The notes below the pieces were generated by a model that made no database searches, was not told the origin of the DNA, and saw only the letters and a list, made by a program, of their open reading frames with translations. The position numbers were made by a program, and so were the translations under genes. Below are positions 1 through 5,130 of a stretch of 5,130 nt of DNA, in pieces; positions within the stretch are counted from its first letter, which is position 1; each line of letters begins with the position of its first letter. The stretch is from Paraspadella gotoi (Eukaryota > Animalia > Chaetognatha): assembly GCA_051294375.1 (NCBI GenBank), contig JBJCIZ010001209.1:1-5130 (forward strand), given 5' to 3'.

Positions 1-228
1 CTTATTCATGATTTCCATCTTTTTTGCAAAGTTAAAACAAAACTTTTCAGAATTTAAAGGAAAAAAGATGATAAAAAATATTCAAGTATTGCGTAAAATT
101 AAAAACGGCAAATTGCAATATTTGTGTGATTCTATTGATAAACATTGTTTTTGTTGAACTAGTATCATATGTAAATTGCGTTAAGTATTAAAAAAAACGT
201 CGAAGTTGTTGTTGTCGTCGTTCATTGT

Positions 229-591
229 TTAAAAGTCGAAAGCGGGACACGTGACTCTTTCCGGCAAAAACGACTGAGCGGAGGGAAAAAGCGTCTGCTG
301 CTGTGGCAACTGCTGTTGATGCTGACGTAGGTACGTAAATTGCTGGGGCTGCTGATGCGATTGCTGTTGATGCGGGAAATGCGGGCGCGGCTCCATCTCA
401 GGTCTCGTCTCTTCCCCCTCCGCTTGGTTGCGCTGCGACGTCTTTTTCGGTCGTTGTCCCCCGCTGTTGCTGTTGCTGTTGCTGTTGCCGCCGATGAGGC
501 ACGTGTTGTTGTTGTTGTTGTTGGAGAAACGACTTCTGTTTCCGTCGTCGTCATCGTCGAAATTTTTCTCCAGCAAATAAGTGATAGAATC
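229..591 (-). CDS. Gene 2 last exon (DSITYLLEKNFDDDDDGN...N/S/Q-rich...ERVTCPAFDF*)
   Basis: T-rich 148-nt intron (592-739) ends in catttAG, with a phase-0 join reading GSQ|DSITYLL. There are 120 open codons to TAA at 231-229, then an abrupt switch to AT-rich 3'UTR-like sequence. Confidence 0.75.
   Translation of the reverse strand, partial: DSITYLLEKNFDDDDDGNRSRFSNNNNNNTCLIGGNSNSNSNSGGQRPKKTSQRNQAEGEETRPEMEPRPHFPHQQQSHQQPQQFTYLRQHQQQLPQQQTLFPSAQSFLPERVTCPAFDF
463..522. repeat. (GCTGTT)4 and (GTT)6 coding microsatellites (NSNSNSNS and poly-Asn on -)
   Basis: Read directly at 463-486 and 505-522. Confidence 0.85.
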
Positions 592-697
592 CTAAATGCG
601 TTATGAAAATCAAAAGCTAAAGGAAAACAAAATAAAAACCATAACAAAAACAAACAAAATAATAACAACAAAGGTTTCTGAAGTTGCGGCGAGAAAC

Positions 698-721
698 ACA
701 ACAACAACAACAACAACAACA
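698..721. repeat. (ACA)8 microsatellite, intronic
   Basis: Perfect 24-nt trinucleotide run 18 nt into intron 592-739. Confidence 0.9.
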
Positions 722-739
722 CGATGACAGGATTCGAAC

Positions 740-990
740 CTGCGACCCGAGCTTCGACTCTCCCGGCGTCAACCCTCCCGCCTTCAGCATCTCTTCCACT
801 TCGGCCAAATCCTTCGATGTCGTCGTCTCCGCCGCCGCCGCCCCCGCCCCCACCGCAGCCGCCCCAGCTGCCACCGCCGCTGCCCCATCCTGTCGGCCGA
901 AACCGTCAATCCTGGCGTCGACGGAGGCGTGGGACTCGTGGGAGGCGTAGCCGGAAGACTCGAGGAGTTTGGAGGATGTGGAGGCCACAC
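740..990 (-). CDS. Gene 2 penultimate exon (VASTSSKLLESSGYASHESHASVDARIDG...poly-Ala...DLAEVEEMLKAGGLTPGESKLGSQ)
   Basis: Strong C/G third-position bias and a phase-0 donor CAG|GTTCGA (739). Two candidate acceptors: catcAG (991, phase 1) or tccttcgttcttacacAG (1010, phase 0, exon starting at 1009). Confidence 0.75.
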
Positions 991-1161
991 CTGATGGGCG
1001 GTCACGAGACTGTGTAAGAACGAAGGACCGAGTTATGGCGCGAAGAATGGGTCAAAGCATCCCCCTGTCAACATGTGTCCACTGTCCATGTCCTTCGGAT
1101 TCAAGAATTTACATGACAGCAACGTTGTACATCAAATAGTTAAACCGAGATTTTTTTAGAA

Positions 1162-1350
1162 CTGTTTTCCGAAAGTCCCCCATTTCTGTTCTCATGAATA
1201 TAATTTTAAAGCCAAAGATTTAACTCTTAATCTTTTACCAAACCTTAACCTTAATGCCAAACATTAGCCATCCTTTAGCAAATCTTTACCACATTTTCAT
1301 ACCCCTCCTAATGTTAATCCTTAAACCTAACCCATCCTACCCCAATTAAC
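1162..1350 (+). repeat. Degenerate telomere-like (CCTAA/CCTTAA) repeat element, left copy
   Basis: Head ctgttttccgaaagtcccccatttctgtt followed by about 6-nt periodic aacctt/aaccta/aatcct units. Confidence 0.6.
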
Positions 1351-1473
1351 TTAATAGCATTTATACGTAATTTTTTTAAATTAATCAGATATATCTTAAT
1401 TTTCCGCTTGCCAGGTAAAGACCTGCTTCGAAAGCACAGATCAAATTCTGGCGATCAATCTTCGGGACGAATC

Positions 1474-1520
1474 GGGCAAGCAGCATTCGGCAAGCAAGCA
1501 GGGCAAGCAGCCTTCGGGCA
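1474..1520 (+). repeat. 27-bp-period imperfect tandem duplication
   Basis: gggcaagcagcattcggcaa (1474) versus gggcaagcagccttcgggca (1501). Confidence 0.8.
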
Positions 1521-1939
1521 GAACCCTGCGTCGACAATGACTCTTGTTCCGCAGGAGACTTCGAGTTTTGAAATTCCAATGGATCTTCGCCAGGGACCAT
1601 GCGTGAACAGGATGAAGCCAGAGGGGGCATTAGGGGGAAATGCGGATATGGGAGAAAGCAGAAGTTGATTCTGGATTAATATAAATAACATAGAGAAGAC
1701 CCAAAATATTTGGTACAATCCTCTGTTCCCTTTTTAAAAATGACCCATTACAGTTAAATATAGAATAATAATTTTTGGTTTAAAATTAGTAGAAACAAAA
1801 CAATTTATTTGTTTTTATCAACGAATCGTGATAAAAGCAATAAATTGTTTTTTTTCTCCTAAATCAAAACGAACGAATATTGATAGATTAACACAATGGT
1901 CGTAAAAATTAAACTAAGCCTTTGGACATAGAAAGTAAT

Positions 1940-2092
1940 AGATTGAGATTAGGGTATTATTAGGTTAAGGAATTATTTAAGGATCAGGTTTAGGGTGAGG
2001 GATTATAGGTTAGGAATAGGATTAAAGATCAGGTTAAGATTTAAAAATTAGTTAGCGGATTTACAAGCAAAAATGGGGGTTCGAATAAACAG
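1940..2092 (-). repeat. Degenerate telomere-like (TTAGG/TTAGGG on +) repeat element, right copy, inverted
   Basis: ttaggg/ttaggt/ttaagg/atcagg units. The reverse-complement head ctgtttattcgaacccccatttttgct aligns with the head of the left copy. Confidence 0.65.
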
Positions 2093-2201
2093 AGCCATTA
2101 AGGCTAGTAAACAAACTATAATGTTCCTTAAGATCGGTTGGTCGTCCTTCAAATACTTCAACCGCGAATGTTCTGTAGCTGGCCGAATCTCCCTGACGTA
2201 C

Positions 2202-2563
2202 GAGCCGCTGAAATTCCAGACGACGGGTCCGTCGACGTGGACGACGTCGTCGTCGTCGTCGTCCAGAGACGACGGTGATACTCGGAGCGGTGACCGCCGC
2301 ACGGAGGCGGGCGGGCGGCGCGGCTGCGGTGACCAGTGAGCGCTGCTGTGTCCCATGGGAACGCTTTTGAACATCCGCTCGGCGCCGCAAAGTCTCGTCG
2401 GATTCGGACTTTGGCGCGCTTGTTGACCGTTATGTGTTGTTGTTGTTGTCTCTGGGCTCGTGTGCAGTTAACGCTTTCCCACGGGCGGAGCGGTTTTCGC
2501 CAGCCTTTGGTGTACGGAGGAGGAGGAGGATAGGAGGGGATGAAGAGGAAAGAATATTGCGAT
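2202..2563 (-). CDS. Gene 2 probable second coding exon (SQYSFLFIPSYPPPPPYTKGW...TTTTTTSSTSTDPSSGISAA)
   Basis: Acceptor tacttcattctcaccAG (2565-2564) is phase 2, matching the upstream donor. Donor C|GTACGT is phase 1, matching the acceptor at 991. The four exons sum to 1224 nt with no internal stop. The frame is uncertain because all three minus frames are open from 2429 to 2161. Confidence 0.4.
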
Positions 2564-2675
2564 CTGGTGAGAATGAAGTAGTTTTTCAGCCGGCAATGTT
2601 CGCCGCGACAGCGCCCGATGGCCCATCGTCCGTCTGTCGTAGAACGCGCCGTCCGCGAGTAGAAACCACGCATAC

Positions 2676-2923
2676 TTCCTCTCCTCTCTCCTTCCTCCCT
2701 CCTCCTCCCGCTCTATAGTCATGCGATCTTTCTCGATCGCCTTCAAACTCTTCAACGATCGCTCGAAATTCGAGAGTTTTCGCTTCGACTCAGGCTGTCG
2801 TTCGTGCCTGCGGATGCGGCTGTTGAGCGCCGTCATGCGTTGGTTGTTGTTGCGGAAGAAATGCTGCGGAGAGGCAGCTGCTGCTGCTGTCCCCTTCGTG
2901 TGCCGCTCGCGCAACGAGCCCAT
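2676..2923 (-). CDS. Gene 2 first coding exon (MGSLRERHTKG...RKLSNFERSLKSLKAIEKDRMTIEREEEGGRREERK), hypothetical protein
   Basis: First ATG (ataATG, A at -3) lies 24 nt after a strong acceptor tttcctttctAG. The peptide is charged and helix-like. The donor AA|GTATGC is phase 2; without it the frame stays open to TAA at 2468. Confidence 0.6.
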
Positions 2924-3013
2924 TATATCGAAATTGTTTCGGATTCCCTAGAAAGGAAATGCATCTCGGCTCGCCATCCGCTCCCTCGTAATTGCCGCCA
3001 CTCCGCTCTTCCT

Positions 3014-3037
3014 CCCGTCCTCCCTCCCCTCCTCCCC
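3014..3037 (-). other. Potential G-quadruplex motif GGGG-AGGA-GGGG-A-GGG-AGGAC-GGG
   Basis: Four runs of at least 3 G with loops of 4, 1 and 5 nt on the sense strand of putative intron 2948-3113. Confidence 0.5.
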
Positions 3038-3113
3038 ACCACGAGTAAACCTCGGCGCTGAATGGACCGCTCGTTTACAATTCCCACAGTTCTTTCTCGC
3101 TCCCCTATCCCAC

Positions 3114-3254
3114 CTTCTCCTCTCCTGAGTCAACTTTCGTCTCCGTTCCTTCCAGCGCCGCCGCCGCCGCGGCGTCTCTATACCGACTCCCGTGCGTGCG
3201 TCAACCGAGGCTGCAACACGCGCCAGGGGCGATGTTCAGAAACGATGACGTTGT
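3114..3254 (-). other. Putative 141-nt exon (5'UTR exon of gene 2, or stop-containing cassette exon)
   Basis: Acceptor cacgccaacAG (3256-3255) follows the long T/C tract, and the donor is AAG|GTGGGA (3113). The exon has no ATG. The next acceptor is atttcctttctAG at 2949-2948. Confidence 0.4.
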
Positions 3255-3289
3255 CTGTTGGCGTGCAGGAGAAAATGGAGTCGGGAGAA

Positions 3290-3600
3290 CGGAAGGAGGG
3301 GAGGAGGGAAAAAACGAGAGGGAGGAAAAAAGAAACGGGGAGGCGGGGCGGCCACGCGGAAAAAAAAAAAAAACAGTTGGGAAAAAGGAAAAAGAAAAGG
3401 GGGAAAACACGGAAAAGGGAAAAAAAGAAAAAGGGGAAAAAAAAAAGGAAAAAAAAAAAAAAAAAAGGGGAGAAAAAAAACAAAAAAAAAGAAAAAAAGG
3501 AGATGGGAAAAACGGGAGGGAAGAAAAAAAAAAGAGAGGAAAGGAAAGGAGAAAAAAAAAAAAAAAAAGAAAAAGAAACGACGATAACCTAGAGAAAGAA
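3290..3600. repeat. Low-complexity purine (A-rich, A/G) tract on +, T-rich on -
   Basis: About 300 nt of A homopolymer runs separated by GG to GGGG. It is the source of the spurious poly-K and poly-F ORFs. Confidence 0.9.
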
Positions 3601-3612
3601 CGGGTTGTCTGC

Positions 3613-3801
3613 TTTTTTTTTCTCCTTTTTCTTTCTTTTGCGCAAAGGGCGCAGTATGCTGATAAGCTCTTCGCGGTTCTTCCTTCTCTTCTTCCTCTCT
3701 TCTCTCTCTCTCTCCTCTTTCTTCTCAACCCCCCTCCCACTCTCACCTCTTCTTCTTCCTCTTTCTTTCTCGTCTCTCTCTTTCTTCTCTCCCTGCTTTC
3801 T
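3613..3801. repeat. Low-complexity pyrimidine (CT-rich) tract on +, GA-rich on -
   Basis: Nearly pure C/T with (CT)n and (CTT)n runs, interrupted at about 3640-3676. Confidence 0.9.
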
Positions 3802-3909
3802 TACTATCACGCTCTCGAACTTCCGACTAAAAGTTGCGCTAGGAGGAGTTATCACAGAAACGGTCTTCACTCTCTGTATGGGAGGGGATATATTAAGGAA
3901 CGTCAAACA

Positions 3910-3915
3910 TTTATT
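3910..3915 (-). terminator. Candidate polyadenylation signal AATAAA for gene 1
   Basis: TTTATT on + is AATAAA on -. It lies about 150 nt after the stop at 4063 and is followed by T-rich sequence (tgtttgacgttcctt). Confidence 0.5.
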
Positions 3916-4062
3916 GTTACCGCAAAGTAAAAAGCCGTTATGTCACAATTGCTCTAATAGATTAGCAACGAGCCAACGGAAACTTTTTCGATCAAGTGAC
4001 TTCGAAACATTCGCTCCGTCTTTCACCGATTCCCTCCATTTCACACTGAACTTCGTTTGGTG

Positions 4063-4335
4063 TCAAGACAAACGGAAGCCGGCCGACGGCGTTCGTCCCC
4101 GGAGGTTTCGATAAAAGACCTGGAATTGGATCTGGAAGATGGCAAGGTCCAAAGCTGGGGCCGGACGGCCGGGCAGATCGAATGATTGGTAGCGAACAAG
4201 TAAGTGTTGGCCGTTCTCGTCTCGTGTTGTTAGGAGCGATGCGCGTAGCGGAAACGGTGGTGAGCCGCGCTCGATTCGCGATGCGAAGGCCGGGGACGAA
4301 GGGCAATTTTTCCCAATTTCGACGGGTCTGTGGGC
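4063..4335 (-). CDS. Gene 1 probable last exon (AHRPVEIGKNCPSSPAFASRIERGSPPFPLRASLLTTRDENGQHLLVRYQSFDLPGRPAPALDLAIFQIQFQVFYRNLRGRTPSAGFRLS*)
   Basis: TTTAG acceptor at 4336, 90 open codons to TGA at 4065-4063, globular-looking composition and AATAAA about 150 nt downstream. An internal phase-0 donor CAG|GTCTTT at 4120/4119 is also possible. Family not recognised. Confidence 0.65.
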   Translation of the reverse strand, partial: AHRPVEIGKNCPSSPAFASRIERGSPPFPLRASLLTTRDENGQHLLVRYQSFDLPGRPAPALDLAIFQIQFQVFYRNLRGRTPSAGFRLS

Positions 4336-4381
4336 CTAAAGATCGATCTCAATTGGTTCGAGGCTTGGGCACAAGGAGGAC
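4336..4381 (-). other. 46-nt GT-AG intron
   Basis: GTCCTCC...gatctttAG. Removing it deletes an in-frame TGA and joins two open exons in phase 0. The size is typical of minimal nematode introns. Confidence 0.7.
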
Positions 4382-4588
4382 CTGATGTCGAGCCATTGGG
4401 AAAGATCGCATCTCTGAAATTAGGTCGAGGATTGGGCGAAGCGAGCGATCCATTGCCAACTGATGGTCGGCGGAGCCGATCGGGGGCACAGCGATTTGGT
4501 TGAACGGTCCGATGGGACAGGACTTGACAAATGAGGGAGTTGATAAGAAGTCGGGAGGTTGGGATGGAGCAGAGCGGTGTGGAGAACC
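4382..4588 (-). CDS. Gene 1 internal exon, 69 codons (GSPHRSAPSQPPDFLSTPSFVKSCPIGPFNQIAVPPIGSADHQLAMDRSLRPILDLISEMRSFPMARHQ)
   Basis: Pyrimidine-rich acceptor ccctttcaaccttctccAG (4590-4589), donor CAG|GTCCTC, 207 nt phase 0-0, no stops, many C/G-ending codons. Absent from the ORF track. Confidence 0.7.
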
Positions 4589-5081
4589 CTGGAGAAGGTT
4601 GAAAGGGTTGAGTTACAACGGAGATTTTATTATATTGACAAATTAATTATTAAAGGACGATTTATAAATAAAAACCTAGTCAGACCATAAACAATGTCGA
4701 ATACCGTCTACGCAATATCAAAAATTTGCAATTTGGAAAAAAGAAAAAGGGCAAATCCTCAATGCTTGAACTTACGCCAATTTCATAAATAATCAACAGT
4801 TAATGATCTCGTATGTAGAGAAATAAAATTTATTTTTAACAAACATACATCTTCAAAAGTTTTTTTCAAAATGTTCGGTTTGATTTGTTTTGTCTCAAAT
4901 GACATTTTTAAACTCCTTGCAGTCGCGTTATTGTTTGATGTCTAATTGTCTAATTTCTAATTAAGCAGGTATGAATAAACCATGATGAATGAAATTATAA
5001 CGCAAATATCAATTCGCCATTCCACTTTTCTACCCACTCGAGAGGAATCCAAACTCAAGACAATGATATGGATCAGAAGAC

Positions 5082-5130
5082 CCGATAAAATCGCGCCGGA
5101 AGTAGAACGGCAACTCTCTCATTGCCAGGA
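5082..5130 (-). CDS. Gene 1, partial exon running off the window edge (...PGNERVAVLLPARFYR), hypothetical protein
   Basis: GC-rich block after an AT-rich intron. The frame is open from the window edge to a phase-0 donor CGG|GTCTTC (5081), matching the phase-0 acceptor at 4589. A rival frame (LAMRELPFYFRRDF..., donor A|GTGGGT at 5037, phase 1) cannot be excluded. Confidence 0.45.

Noticed and set aside
722-795. tRNA-like T-arm/B-box on - (GGTCGCAGGTTCGAATCCTGTC)
   Set aside because: The T stem-loop is good, but there is no acceptor stem, D arm/A-box or anticodon arm. It coincides with the exon donor CAG|GTTCGA.
684-1017. Plus-strand ORFs with poly-Q, poly-P and Arg-rich segments
   Set aside because: They are antisense shadows of the GC-rich exon 740-990 and have no supporting splice structure.
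1940-2055. True telomere
   Set aside because: Short, highly degenerate and internal to an intron.
2220-2275. GAC/GTC palindromes (gacgacgtcgtc) suggesting a hairpin or CRISPR-like repeat
   Set aside because: Explained by a trinucleotide microsatellite. There is no repeat-spacer periodicity.
2434-2718. Plus-strand ORF with a signal-peptide-like start (VLLLLSLGSCAVNA)
   Set aside because: It begins at GTG, the Leu run is a (TTG)n microsatellite, and it is antisense to better-supported exons.
3195-3212. Peptide ASVDAR also present in exon 740-990
   Set aside because: Only six residues, a different frame from the modelled exon, and no flanking similarity, so probably chance.
3062-3930. Long Lys-rich and Phe-rich ORFs on both strands (176, 244, 181, 109 and 101 aa)
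   Set aside because: They arise from stop-free low-complexity purine and pyrimidine tracts.
3992-4306. 104-aa minus ORF and other alternative frames over gene 1 exons
   Set aside because: TTG start and out of phase with the 46-nt intron. The phase-0 frame gives a more coherent spliced product.
4770-4807. Consensus donor GTAAGT on - with a possible 32-nt micro-exon
   Set aside because: The GAG acceptor is weak and there are stops in all frames.
4923-4968. Plus-strand mini-exon pattern (ccttgcAG...CAG|GTATGA)
   Set aside because: It has stops in all three frames, is AT-rich and has no partner exons.

Overview
AT-rich eukaryotic genomic DNA with GC-rich exon blocks. The 46-nt intron, TTTAG/YAG acceptors and degenerate GT donors suggest a nematode-type genome (inference). 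By hand-splicing, all credible coding signal is on the minus strand. (1) The 3' part of gene 1 has exons 5082->5130, 4382-4588 and 4063-4335, followed by AATAAA at 3910-3915; its product is not recognised. (2) A probable complete gene 2 has a putative 5'UTR exon at 3114-3254, ATG at 2923 and coding exons 2676-2923, 2202-2563, 740-990 and 229-591, giving about 407 aa of low-complexity, probably disordered protein with a PPPPPY motif. An alternative all-phase-0 splice path can join every exon of both genes into one frame broken only by TGA-C (3201) and TAA-C (2468). Between the genes lie back-to-back purine and pyrimidine tracts. The long intron of gene 2 holds two inverted, diverged copies of a telomere-like repeat element flanking a GC-rich core. 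There are no prokaryotic features, CRISPR arrays or real RNA genes. Splice models are manual and unverified.
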